Assembly: GCF_018350175.1 (NCBI RefSeq)
Contig: NC_058368.1
Span: 18,540,001-18,604,000 of the forward strand
DNA: 64,000 nt
Direction of reading: 5' to 3'
From: Felis catus
Taxonomy: Eukaryota
Position 1 is the stretch's first letter. Each line of letters opens with the position of its first letter. The translations under genes were made by a program, and so were the position numbers. The notes beneath the pieces were generated by a model, which ran no database searches, was not told the DNA's origin, and worked only from the letters and a program-made list of their open reading frames with translations. Of this stretch, positions 51,351 through 63,219 are shown in pieces.

Positions 51351-52017
51351 TGTATCAGTCCACGACGGCTGCCATAACAAAATACCACAGAGTGGGAGGC
51401 TTAAGCAACAGAAATTTATTTTCTCATAGTTCTGCAGGCTGGAAGTCCAAGATCAAGGTGTCAGCAAGTTTGACTTCTTCAGGAGCCTCTCTCCTTGGCT
51501 GGCAGATAGCACTCTTCTCCCTGTGTCCCCACTTGGCCTTTCCTCTGTGGGCACTCCTCCCTGTGTCTCCTCCTCTTTTCACAAGGACACGAGTCAAACT
51601 GGGAGCACCTGGGTGGCTCAGTTGGTTAAGCATCTATCTGACTCTTGATTTCGGCTCAGGTCGTGATCGTCTAGATCGTGGTTCTAGAGTTCGAGCCCCA
51701 CATCCGGCTCTGTGCTGACAGTGTAGAACCTGCTTGGGATTCCCTCTCTCTTCACCTCTCTGCCCCTCTTCCCTGCTTTCTTTCTCTCTCTCGCTCAAAG
51801 TCAATAAGGAAACTTAAAAAACACAAAAAACAAAAAACAAGGGCACAAGTGAGTTTGGATTAGGGCCCACCCTAACTGCTTCGCTTTTATTCAATCACTG
51901 CTTTGAAGAGCTTATCTCCAAATATGGTTACATTCTGAAGTACTGGGGTTTGGTTGGGCCTTGAACAGATGAATTTGGCGGGGAGGAGGATAGTGGGACA
52001 CAATTCAGCCCCTAAAA
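51351..52017 (-). mobile_element. MLT1A-like MaLR solo LTR, interrupted by a SINE
   Basis: tgtatcagtc..gctgccataacaaaataccacaga ... gacacaattcagcccctaaaa; near TSD ccatc/ccatt. Confidence 0.88.
51601..51838 (+). mobile_element. Can-SINE (older subtype)
   Basis: Degenerate TSD acaaggacacgagt / acaagggcacaagt. Confidence 0.92.
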
Positions 52018-52029
52018 CCATTTAATTGG

Positions 52030-52710
52030 AGAAGTGGAGAAATTAAAATGTGATTACAATTAAGGATACTAAGGACTATGTTAGAGGAGATACAAAATGA
52101 TTCTGAAGCATCAAATAGGATACCTCGCCCAGTGTGGGGGAGGATGGGGAGCAGTCAAGGAAGGCTTCCAGGAGGAGACGCTGCCACACTGAACCAAAAG
52201 TGGCACACACAGAGACCTAGAAAGAGAGTGCAGCTTATATAAGTAATTCCATTTGACCAAATCATAAAGCACAAGAGTAGAAGCAAGAAGGGAGATGGGA
52301 GAGGATGGTAGGGCCGGGAGAGAGCCACCTAAAGGAGACTGGGCTCACTCCTATAGCAATGGTGTGTCAAAGAAGTACATTCTGGGGATGGGTGGGAGTG
52401 CTTACACAACCAGATGTGGGCTTTATAATAGACCATGGCATTAACTGGGGATAGATCAGGGCTCCTGCCAGACTAGGGGCTGGGCAAGCAGGTGGGAGGC
52501 TGACAAAATTATCCACTTGAAAGATGATAAAGACCTACAGTGACCCATTAGTGGGGTGGACAGAGAGGATGGGGTTCAGAGAGGATCAGCACTGAAACTG
52601 AAGCCACGAGGAAAAAGCAGTTTCCTCCAGGAGAATACGCAGAGTGAGTAGACTGGAGACCAAGGAGGAAACCGTGGGGTCATTAGCATTTAAGGAAAGC
52701 CTAACAAACA
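52030..52710 (-). mobile_element. L2 relic
   Basis: agtcaaggaaggcttccaggaggagacg; tgggctcactcctatagcaatgg. Confidence 0.5.
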
Positions 52711-53061
52711 GGGATACCACCCAGGCTGGCAGCAACATGAACTGTGAACACAAAAGGAGAACGTGTCCAACTGTAGCACACACGTCCATCTAAATGGGGC
52801 GGCCACAGCCCAGCTCCAGCAGAGGCTACCAAAGGTGCATGTCGCCCAGGCGTGCCCATCTTTGGATTGTTCAAGAAAAGTGATACTGGTGAACCCAAGG
52901 GTGAAATCATCCCGCTTTTAAAGAGTAGAAAGCAATTAGAAAACCCTAAGCAGGTCAAGCAACATGAACACGTGGGCTGTATCTAATATGCAAATCTGAA
53001 TTTAGGGGATTAAGCACCACCAACGTGACAGGGAAGGGGGACAGCAGAGAGAAGGCAGTTT

Positions 53062-53448
53062 TGTAGTGGAGTGGATTGTCGCCCTGCCCTCCCTGGGAAG
53101 GAGCCCACATCACACCTCATTGACATCAGGCCGGGCCATGTCGCATGCTTTGGGCAGTGGAACGTGAGCACAAGGGACCTGTGTCATTTCCTGGTGGAAG
53201 CTTTAAGAGCCAGTATGTGCTTCTCTGTGATCTCTTTTTTTCCCTCTGCCAGAAGAGGAAACACATGCCACAGAGTTGTCTTCATCAGCCCAGGTCCCAG
53301 AATGAGGAGGACACAGAGCAGACCTGTGGCCAACCTACAACGAACATGGAGCACGAGTGAGACATAAATCTCTGCCTCTGTGAGTACTGAGACTTGGGGA
53401 TAATCACTGGGTTACTGCTGCGTAATCTGGCCTGTCCTGACTGATGCA
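53062..53448 (+). mobile_element. Old MaLR LTR (MLT1I/J-like)
   Basis: cattgacatcaggccgggccatgt..tgctttgggcagtggaacgtgagc..tgtgtcatttcc..ggaagctttaagagccag; ends tcctgactgatgca. Confidence 0.75.
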
Positions 53449-53777
53449 GTCACAGAAGCCCCAGGGGCAAGGGTTCTCGATGCATGTTGTCCAACGCTGC
53501 AGAGCCGGCTCAGAGAAAACCTGCATTCCCAGGCAGGATGGGAGACACACAGTGGAACAGGATCCCCGGGACAGCAAGAGGGACAGATGAGTCTCGAGGG
53601 AGGGGACTGGTCTAAGACATGAGGAGGGGCACTTCTATTTCCTCCATGAGACTTAAGGAAAGAAAGACAGCATGGGTGTGATGCAGGTACAATTTTAGGA
53701 GGCAGGTTGGTAGCAAGTTGGGTGGCTTGGAATACTATAAAATCAACAAAAAATTAAGAACCCTATGCTATAATAAT

Positions 53778-54000
53778 GAGGCGCCTGGGTGGCTCAGTCG
53801 GTTGAGCGTCCAACTTCAGCTCAGGTCATGATCTCGTGGGTTCGTCGGTTTGAGCCCTGCATCGGGCTCTGTGCTGACAGCTCAGAGCCTGGAACCTGCT
53901 TCAGATTCTGGGTCTCCCTCTCTCTGCCTCTCCCCCACTCATGCGCGCATGCTCTCGCGCTCTCTCTCTCTCATAGAAATAAATAAGCAAATAACCATTG
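53778..54000 (+). mobile_element. Can-SINE
   Basis: Canonical body; TSD core ctataataat. Confidence 0.93.
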
Positions 54001-54120
54001 AAAAGAAAAACTCTGTACTATAATAATCACAAGGAAGGCGGTGTCACTTTCGCCTGGGGCAATAAAGGTAGATGTGAAAGAAAAGAATTTGAACCGGATT
54101 GGAGGACAGATACTTTATTA

Positions 54121-54350
54121 TTTTTTTTTTTTAATTTTTTTTTTCCAACGTTTTTATTTATTTTTGGGACAGAGAGAGACAGAGCATGAACGGGGGAGGG
54201 GCAGAGAGAGAGGGAGACACAGAATCGGAAACAGGCTCCAGGCTCTGAGCCATCAGCCCAGAGTCTGATGCGGGGCTCGAACACACGGACCGCAAGATCG
54301 TGACCTGGCTGAAGTCGGACGCTTAACCGACTGCGCCACCCAGGCGCCCC
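54121..54350 (-). mobile_element. Very young Can-SINE (SINEC_Fc-like)
   Basis: CpGs retained, clean poly(T); perfect 17-bp repeat ggacagatactttatta (54104-54120 / 54354-54370). Confidence 0.97.
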
Positions 54351-54379
54351 AGTGGACAGATACTTTATTAAGGTGCCCT

Positions 54380-54700
54380 GGCTACCCTAAGACATAAGTC
54401 CCAAATGTGGTAGCTTGGCCCAGTAGTAATTTTTTCAAACACATGAAAAGTTCAAAACCATGGGGGACAGACTCTGTGCTACTCCCTCCTTCAGGGACAA
54501 CACAGATAAGGCTCTGCCGTCTTCCATATTTGACGTGCAGAAGAGCTGTTCTGATATTTACATACAGTTTGCAGGCAGACGAAGACAGGAGGGGAGAAGT
54601 AAATTGGCAGGTTTGTATAAGCAAGGCCTGGAAGTGGTGCATATCAATTACACCCACTCCTAACTGCAAGAGAGGCTGGGAAATGTAGTTTGCTGTTAAA
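54380..54700 (-). mobile_element. Old ERVL/MaLR-class LTR relic (LTR16/LTR33-like)
   Basis: Reverse strand aactacatttcccagcctctcttgcagttagg motif. Confidence 0.45.
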
Positions 54701-55139
54701 TGAACAGATAGCCAGGGTCTGCCCAGTTGGAGGGCTCTGCTTGTCAGAAACAGACCAAAGGAAAGCTCAAAGCAGAAAAAAACGGCATAAGCAGGGGCAG
54801 AAATTTTCAATATGTATTCAGAGACTAGAATTAATTTAAAGTTGCCTACAATATAGAATTCATGCAGGGGCCTATTGGCAGAGAAAGCTACAAGGGAGGC
54901 TGGATGAAAATTGAACAAAGCTTTACATACCTAATGAGAGTATTAAGTTTATCGTAGCCATCGAGGACCTAACAAAGACTCTAAGATGACATTTCACTAA
55001 GTGAGATTTTTCAAGTAGGTAGAGGTGAAGCTATCCATTAATGGGGAGCAAAGAGATACATGGAGCAAATATGGTTAAATCTCGGTAATCCCTGAATCTG
55101 GATAAGGAATGTCTGTACCTTAGTAGGTTTTTTTTTTTG

Positions 55140-55890
55140 AAGGTCCTAATGATAAAAATGTTTTTAAAAGATAGTAAGGGCCCTTCAAAAAATCTTTCAT
55201 TATGTATGACACAAGATAATAAAACCAGTTAGGAGGGAATAGGTTTTCCATGTTTGTTCACTAGCTTGTACTGTGAAAGCTACTAGTTGATGTGTACCCA
55301 CTTTGGAAACTCTAGGACCATGAAACTGTTAGTCAAAGGTATTATTTGGGGGGAATCTACCTACTATTATCAGTACAGGAATGGTTTATCCCTGTGCTGA
55401 AAATCACAGGTACTTGATTCACTGCTTCTTCCCTGAATGTGTCAGAATTAACTTTGCAAGCAATGCCAGCCTTCCATCAGCATTGTAAATCTGTTCCGTA
55501 GATAGGCTGTGATCAGAAATGAATTCTTTGAAAGAGTCACAAACTCTTCTGTAGCATCATGATTTGCTGTTTTTCATCACTTCTTCTCAGGCTGACTCCT
55601 ACTGGAATCACCAACACTGTATTTGTTCATAAATCTCTTTTGTTTCAAGGCCAAAGATGGCATCACCCTCACATCTTTTTGCTAAGAAACACTCAAGGAG
55701 GACACATTTCAGGTTATTTCCAATGCAGGCAGATGCACGGCTTTACCCCCAAACATTTAGGATACTTCAGATTTGTCAAAAATTTTTAACAACTGCTTTT
55801 TTCATAAAAGGATAGAATTTTTCTGGGCTTATACTTTCGAGTTCTGGAGAAATAACCATGTTATTCTTTGCAAGCTAGCAAGACGGGTTT
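55140..55890 (-). pseudogene. Decayed Jerky (JRK)/Tigger-pogo-type transposase coding fossil (CENP-B-type HTH plus N-terminal part of the DDE domain)
   Basis: Minus-strand frames, in order: KKQLLKIFDKSE, LKCVLLECFLAKRCEG..KEIYEQIQ (~55665-55705), [30 protein letters not shown] (EQIYNAD at 55476-55496), WHCL, HGPRV..VAFTVQ, NWFYYL, KTFLSL; colinear with JRK as recalled ([76 protein letters not shown]); many stops and frameshifts. Confidence 0.78.
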
Positions 55891-55925
55891 TTTTGCTTTT
55901 ATAGAGACAGATGATGTCATGGAAA

Positions 55926-55926
<1 letters not shown>

Positions 55927-55965
<39 letters not shown>

Positions 55966-55975
55966 GCACGCACAG
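55927..55975 (+). repeat. (CA)n/(CGCA)n microsatellite
   Basis: Direct reading. Confidence 0.95.
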
Positions 55976-57435
55976 TGATCAGACTAATGTGAGCACCAAC
56001 AGCATTTAGCAGCTGTTGACCTTGGGAAAGTTACATAACTTCTATGATCCTATGACATGAGAATAATAATACCTATTACTATGATCATTATGTGAGTGAA
56101 ATAAGACAGCACGTATCAAGTACCTAACAGTGCCTAGCACACAGTTGGTGTTATGGTGTTAATACACGTATGTTTCCTCTCATATACGCCACTTCCCCCA
56201 CATACATTATGTTCAAATCCTGGCCTTGCCTCTGATGAGCAGAGCACCGTAATCCAAATGTGAAAGCCTACCTTATGTCAGGTGGGGTGGCACCGCTGTG
56301 CTGCATGTGTGTGCCCTCATGTACAGATACAGCACTTCCTGTGTTTTCTATTCTTTGCACCTTCTTTCTAGCACAGTCCCGTTGATGATGATTGGCCCCT
56401 TGAAACTTCACCTATGCCGGCTGCTATGCCTTGGTGGAGACACACAATTGCCTTCATGGGCTATTAAGCACCAAGCACAACGAAGAGATATGATGCTCCC
56501 AGGGGTCTCTGTAGAGGGACAGCTGAAGAAACTGCTTGTTTGACCTTACCCTGCTGCCTCCAATCTTGACTTTTCCGAAGATGGCAGAGTCCTTCCAGTC
56601 AGCGATTTTTCTGGCTCTTCCTATTCTGAGGTCAGCTGCAAAGTTTTTCTCCCATGTTTTCTTCTAGGTGTTTACAGTTTTAGGCTTTACATTTAGATCT
56701 GTGATCTATTTTAAGTTAATTTTATATAATGTTAACTAGGTTTTCAAGGATGCCTTTTATCAGAGGAAGTTCCATTCTACTCCTGGTCTACAGGAGAGCT
56801 TTTTTCAACTATAGATGTAGGATTGTATCCAATGTTTTTTTTCCTGCATCTATTGAGATGATACTATATTTTTTTCCTTTTTAGTTTGTTAATATGGTAA
56901 ATTAAATTGATTGATTTTTGAATGTTAAGGCAGCATTCGTGGGATAAATCCCACTTGGCCATGATATATTATCTTTTTTTACACATTGTCAGATTAGACT
57001 TGCTAAAATTTGCTTTAAATTTTTTGCATCTATATTTATGAGTGATATGGGTCTGTAGCCCTCTTTTCTCATAACGTCTTTACTGGTTCGGTATTTGGGT
57101 AGCACTGGTCCCTGACACTGTTGGTAGGCATTTCTTTCACTTCCATATTCTAGAAGAGTTTGTATTGTTGGTATCATTGCTTTTTTTAATGTCTGGAATA
57201 ATTCCCCAACAAAATGATCTAAATCTGGAGTTTTCTTTATGGAAAGATTTTAAAACTACAAATTCAGTATTTTAATAAACATATGGCTATTCAGGCTATC
57301 TATTTATTTTTAAGTGAGTTTTGGTAGCTTCTGCCTTCCAAAAAGTTTTCCCATTTCAATTAAGTTGTGAAATTGGTTGGCATAATGTTGTTCATAGCAT
57401 TCCCTTCTTCTCCCTTTTATTATCTATAGAATCTT

Positions 57436-57645
57436 GGGGGCCTGGGTGGCTCAGTTGTTAAGCATCTGACTTCGGCTCAGGTCATGATCTTGTGGTTTGT
57501 GAGTTCAAGTCTCAAATCTGTGAGCTCGAACCCCACTTCAGGTGAACACAAGCCCTGCTTCAGATGAGCCCCACTTCTCTCTCTCTTTCTCCATCTCTCT
57601 CTCTCTCTGCCCCTCACTCACTTGCACCCTGTCTTTCAAAAAAGA
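57436..57645 (+). mobile_element. Can-SINE variant (duplicated gagctcgaaccccacttc-type segment)
   Basis: gggggcctgggtggctcag start, (CT)n, tail decayed into a microsatellite. Confidence 0.85.
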
Positions 57646-57648
57646 ATT

Positions 57649-57731
57649 TATATATATATACATATATATATATAAATACATATATATACATACATATGTA
57701 TATATACATACATACACACATATATACATAC

Positions 57732-57795
<64 letters not shown>
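57649..57795 (+). repeat. Compound (TA)n/(TACA)n/(CA)n microsatellite at the SINE tail
   Basis: Direct reading. Confidence 0.95.
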
Positions 57796-57796
<1 letters not shown>

Positions 57797-58749
57797 ATCT
57801 CTAGTGATACCACCTTTCTCATTCCTGATATTGGTAATTTGAGTCTTCTTTTTTTCCTGATCAGCCTGACTATACTATATGTTTATCCATTTTATTGGTT
57901 GTCTCAAAGAACCAGCTTTAGGTTTCATTGTTTTTCTTTTTCTTTTTTTCTACTTCATTGATTTCCAGTCTGATCCATATTATTTTCCCTCTTTTGCTAT
58001 GTTGAGTTTAGTTTGCAGTCATGCATTTTAATTTTATATATGTAATAAACACACATTGTTATCATTTTTGTTTAAATAGCAAATATCCTTTAAAGAGACT
58101 TTAATAAGAAAAAACCTCACTCATGAATTTCTGGTACGGGAAAATTCATTTTTATGTACAGTCAGACTTCTGACATTATTTTCCTCTGCTTGAAGAATTT
58201 ATTTTAAAATTATTTATAATGTGAATACGCTGGTAATGAGTTGCTTCAACTCCTGAATGTCTGCAAAGTTCTTTATTTGCCTTCATTTCTTAAAAGATAT
58301 TTCTGTGGAGTATAGATGCTAAATTGATGGATTCTTTTTTTCTTTCAGTAAAGATATTGTTTCGCTAACTCCATCCCTGAATAATTCCAAGAAGAAATCT
58401 GTTACTGTTATTATCTTTCTCCTTCTTTATGTAATATGCCCCTTTTTCCTGGCCACTTTTAAGATTTACTCTTTATCATTGATGTTTTACTCTTTATCAT
58501 TGATTTTGAGCAATTTGATTAGGATGCGATGATGTAGTTTTTATGCAGTTTTCTTGCTCTTGGGGTTCATTGAACTTTCTGAATCTGTGAATTGACACTT
58601 TTCATCAGATCTTAAAAACTTCAAGCCATTGCTTCTTCAAAAATCTTTCTACTCCCCTCTACTTTGGAGGATTCTAAATATAGTCCAAATATACTGCTTG
58701 AACTTACTCCACAGTTCACTGGTGCTTTTTCTCCCCAGTTTATTTTCTT

Positions 58750-58962
58750 TAAAAAAAAAAATCTGTTTAATGTTTATTTATTTCTGAGACAGAGCATGAG
58801 TGGGGGAGGGGCAGAGAGAGAGGGAGACACAGAATCAGAAGCAGACCCCAGGCTCTGAGCTGTCAGCACAGAGCCTGACCCGGGGCTTGAACTCACAAAT
58901 CATGAGATCATGACCTGAGCCGAAGTCGGTCGCTCAACCAACTGAGCCACCCGGGCGCACCC
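58750..58962 (-). mobile_element. Can-SINE
   Basis: Canonical body in reverse. Confidence 0.93.
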
Positions 58963-60610
58963 CACCCCCCGGTCAGTTTATTTTCTGTGTTTCACATTGG
59001 ATAGTTGCTGTTTAATGCCTTCAAATTTAAACTCTTTACTTTTGCAATGTGTAATCTACCTTTATTCTATCCAGTGTATTTTTCATCTCAGACATTGTAG
59101 TTTTCATCCCTAGAACTCTGATTTGGGCATTTTATATTTATCATGTCTCTAGTTACCTTTTCTAACATATAGAATATAATTATAATAAGTGTTTTTAATG
59201 TCCTTGTCCAACAGTTTTAGCATTTTTCAGTTGTGGAGTAAGTGTGTCAGTTTCAACTGATTGGTTTTTATCTTCATTTTGTTTGTATTTTACTTCTTCT
59301 TTGCATGCTTGGTAATTTTTTATTGGATACCAGACATTATGAATTTTACCATGTTTCTGAATATTTTTATAGTCCTAAATTCTTATATTTTTTTCTGGTA
59401 CATAGTTATATTAATTGGAAAAATTGTTGTTTGGGGGTCTTGCTTTTAAGATTTTTTAGACAGGACCAGAGCAATACACAATATACAGCTAGTTAGTCCC
59501 CTACTGAGGACTTTTCTGAGGACTCTACTTTATGTCCCACGTGTTATGAGTTTTTCTAGCCTGGTTGGTGTGGACAGACACTATTCCTGGCTCTGTGTGA
59601 ACAATGGGCATTACTTCTTCTAGTCTCTTTGGATAGTTCCTTCCCTCACTGCAAGTGGTTTCCTCATTTGTATATACTGACCAGTACTCATTTGAATGCT
59701 CAAGGGGACCCCCTGCAGATCTTTGGAGTTTCCTTTCTGTGCAGCAATCTCCTCCCTTGTGCTCTGCCCTCTGAACCCTGGAGAACTTTCAGCTCTGACT
59801 TTTCAACTCAGGGAGACCAGCAGTCCCCTCCTAGGTTCTTCCTTTCTACACCACAGCCTAAAAACTCTCTTAAGACATAACTTGTAGAAATCATAGGCAG
59901 AGCCACTTTACAAGCTCAAAATTTTTTAACAGAAGGGACCCCTCTCACACTGTTTATGATATGATATCCAACAAGGAGTAGATTCTCAACTAATACTTGT
60001 TGAACTGAAAGGAAATTGTATGCACTCTCCAAAGTGAGATAAAGTAAGACCCCATGAGATGCATGACCTTCACTAACTCATATTCCAAATCCCTTCTTCA
60101 TCCCTTTACTCTACTTGCTTATCAGGAAAATTCCAGAAGCTAGTCAGGTCAACATGCATTTTATTTTGTTGTATTTTGAATTAAAAGTCAAATATGTGTT
60201 ATTTTTTTTCCCCTCTCTTCTCTTTGACAGTTAGAAACAGATGTTCTAACATTCTGAGGAAGCCCTAATATGATAAGACCTTAAAAAGTGAACATTATAG
60301 TATCACTGAGAACAGATAAATGTAAAAACAAAATGTTTCAGCTCCCAAAAGGCCAAATTCGAGGAGATGGAAGTAACAAGAGGAACAGGAAATCGCATTA
60401 CTATCACTCTTAGCCATTTCCCAGGATGTTTCAGAGGATGAGATGACTCTAATGACCAGCAGCAATTAATTACTAGCCAGCACTGCCCCTCAAAAGTTCT
60501 GAGTTTGGGGAAAAAAAATGCACCTTACTTCAGCAAGTCTCCTGTAAATGTGACAGTCATCACACTCAAGCAAGCAATCTTATAGAAGGAAAGGATGGTT
60601 TGGCTTGCTC

Positions 60611-60725
60611 TTATTTATTATTTATTTATTTAGTGGAGTTATCTCTACACCCTACATGGGGCTTGAACTCACAAGCCTGAGATTAAGAGTTGAATGTTCT
60701 TCCAACTGAGCCAGCCACGTGCCCT
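60611..60725 (-). mobile_element. Short tRNA-like Can-SINE
   Basis: atctctacaccctacatggggcttgaactcac..ctgagattaagagt..actgagccagcc. Confidence 0.8.
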
Positions 60726-60949
60726 GTTGGGTGCCCAGAAATATTTCCTCCTGAGAGCAGCAGTGGGCCCATTGACATGGTGCTCTCCTGAGCTGCCTCA
60801 CAGCACCATCAGTCTCTCCTGGAAAGATGAAAAACCAGGCGTGTTGGCGAGGCTATACAATTTAAAGTCAGACGATGGATGTTCACATCCTGCTCAGCCC
60901 TGTAATATATGTTTGATATTGAAAAAAAAAAAAAAAAAACCTCAATTCT

Positions 60950-61358
60950 TATATTAGTCGGCTAGGGATGTCACAACAAAATACCACAGACTGGGCATCT
61001 TCTATGACAGAAATTTATTTTCTCACAATTCTGGAGGCTAGAGTTTTAAACTCTGCTCACCAAGGTGTCAGCAGGTTTGATTACACCTGAGGCTTCTCTC
61101 CTTGGCTTATACGTGGCCATCTTCTCACTGGGCCCTGACATGGGCCTCTCTCAGGCTTTTTGTTTCTCTATGTGCCCTAATATCCTCTTCTTCTAAGCAC
61201 ACCAATCAGATTGGATTGTTTACGGCCTCATTTTAGCTGAATTACCTTTTCAAAGCCCCTCTCTGCCAACAGTCGCATCCTGAGGTACTAGAGGTTAGGA
61301 CTTCAACATAAGAATTTTGAGGCGGGGTTGGGGGGGAAACACAATTCAGCCCACGACA
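60950..61358 (-). mobile_element. MLT1A-like MaLR solo LTR
   Basis: acaaaataccacagactggg..agaaatttattttctcacaattctggaggct ... acacaattcagcccacgaca. Confidence 0.87.
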
Positions 61359-61449
61359 GTTTTCAGAGTCACATTTTCCCCAGTCAGAAGAAGGAGGTAG
61401 CAAGAGTTGCCTTGAAAGTTTGTGGTGAGTAAAAACTCAATTTTCTTGA

Positions 61450-62015
61450 AGTACTCACACAGGAAAAATTACAGACCATAAATATACAGCTCAATGGGTT
61501 TTCATAAAGTGAAGAGTTTTATCACCAACCAAACCTAGAAACAAACCCAGAGACCCTTTTGCCCCTTCCACAAGGTAATCACTAGCTCAATTCCTAATAG
61601 GATAAACTAATTATGCTTGTGTTTCTATGTATTCTTTGTGTCGGGCTTTTCTCATTCCATATTGTTTGTGAGAGTCATCATGATGTTGGGTACCATTGCA
61701 ATCCTTCATTTTTTCTTGCTATATTGTATTCCCTTGCATGAATACTGCAGTCAATTTATGCATCTATTATTAAGGAATATTTGAGTTGTCTCCAGTCAGG
61801 GCCATAACTAGAAGTGCAACTATGAATACTTTTGTACCTGTCTTTTGCTGAACACTGTACACATTCTTCTGGATATATACCTGGGAGAGTAATTGCTGAG
61901 TCATAGGGTATGCCCATATTCAACATTAGTAGATATTATCTGACATTTTCCAAAGTAGTGGTATGAATTTTTACCCTCACTAGAAGTATATGAGAGTTCC
62001 AGGTACTCCACATAA
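61450..62015 (-). mobile_element. Old L1M 3' region, antisense
   Basis: tatatacctgggagagtaattgctgagtcatagggta..ttttccaaagtagtgg..gtatatgagagttccagg. Confidence 0.75.
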
Positions 62016-62019
62016 GGAT

Positions 62020-62370
62020 ACAGCTATTTTTAATACAGAAAACTTGGAAACAAGCTATCAAACAATAGGGAATTAGTTAAATAAATCATGTTTCCATGCA
62101 GTGTCTAGAAAATAGTCATTAAAAATGTTACTCTCAATAATGTATTGAGTGAAAAGATCAGGTCACAAAACTCTGGTACAGTTTGTGGCCAATGCTGTTA
62201 AAAAAAAATTAAGTGCATAATTTTATCTATGTTAAAAGAAACCAAAGGTTGACCCCGGTTTTCTCTGAGAGGCTGGATTACAGATGATTTTTTTCTATTC
62301 ATAGTTTTCTGTATTTGTTTTCTAAAATATTTTTAAATGACTGTTTATTGCATTTATAATTAATTGGGAA
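62020..62370 (+). mobile_element. Old L1ME-type 3' end, sense
   Basis: aaaacttggaaacaagc..aatagggaattagttaaataaatcatg. Confidence 0.55.
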
Positions 62371-62493
62371 AAAGACAATAAGGATTACAAATTACATCAT
62401 TCTCTCTTACCCACTTCTCAGGTTATTTATGAGACACAATGAGAAAATGCTCATGGAAATTCTTTGCAAAAAGGCCAAGCACTATTTGAATGT

Positions 62494-62540
62494 TTATTAT
62501 TATTATTATTATCATTATCATCATCATCATCATCACCATA
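62494..62540 (+). repeat. (TAT)n-(CAT)n microsatellite
   Basis: Direct reading. Confidence 0.95.
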
Positions 62541-62656
62541 ATTGCTTCTGCCTATTTTCTAACACTGAACAGAAAGTTAGAGATGCACAGAATGAGCTGG
62601 AAATGACACAGCCACAGGGGTGAGCAAGTGATGGTACAGGGTCAAGGCTCCACTTG

Positions 62657-62820
62657 AGTGCTTCTCCATTCTAATTGCACATTAGAATCACCCAGAATCA
62701 CCTGGGGAGTTTTAAGAATATAGAGCAAGTAAATAAGGATCTCCAGGTACAAAGTCAGGCATCAACATTTCCCAAAAGTTTCTCTGTAATTCTGCTGTAC
62801 AGCCGGGTCCAGAACTCCTA
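62657..62820. mobile_element. MER5A-like hAT-Charlie MITE
   Basis: tgcacattagaatcacc..gaatcacctggggagttttaagaat ... gtaattctgctgtacagcc..agaactcc. Confidence 0.65.
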
Positions 62821-63219
62821 AATGCAGGCGAGCCCATGCACTTTAAGCCACCATTTTATTGTTCGTTGGGAGTGAGAGAAGGAGATGAGGGGCCTGGGAT
62901 ATAGTCAAGCCTGAGAGAAAGGTCTGAATGTCCTAGGGTCTGAATGTCCCAGGGTGCAATCGTTTGTCCAGTCATATGTGTTCTAATATCAACTTGACAT
63001 TTTCCACTGGGTGGGGTTGGGAAAACTAGATTCTGAGGGCCCCCAGAAACTGGTCTACTTCCCTTACTGGAAAATTTCCTAGTCTATGTGGCACAGACAA
63101 ATGACGACAATAAGCATTTCTACACCAGATTAAGGCTATCAATGCAGTTTCCTGGGCATTCTCTCACTGGGGACTTGTGATCTCCCCACTTTTGTCACAT
63201 TGGTGGATACTTATTCCAA

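Larger units (their letters stand above)
56640..59900 (-). mobile_element. Fragmented old L1 (ORF2 RT region and upstream part), antisense, with two SINE insertions
   Basis: ORF 56989-57177(-) contains RKEGYRPISLINIDAKNLKQILA, the L1 ORF2 RT motif ([22 protein letters not shown]); surrounding T-rich L1-like sequence; frames disrupted. Confidence 0.85.

Noticed and set aside
415..58858. Recurring ORFs with a shared peptide (AQVMIS..SSPASGSVLTAQSLEPASDSVSPSLS) that look like a gene family
   Set aside because: All map to Can-SINE copies; they are translations of one repeat consensus
62921..62955. 16-bp tandem duplication (gtctgaatgtcctagg / gtctgaatgtcccagg); a similar 21-bp duplication at ~58468-58505
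   Set aside because: Ordinary two-copy slippage duplications; not arrays and no repeat-spacer structure
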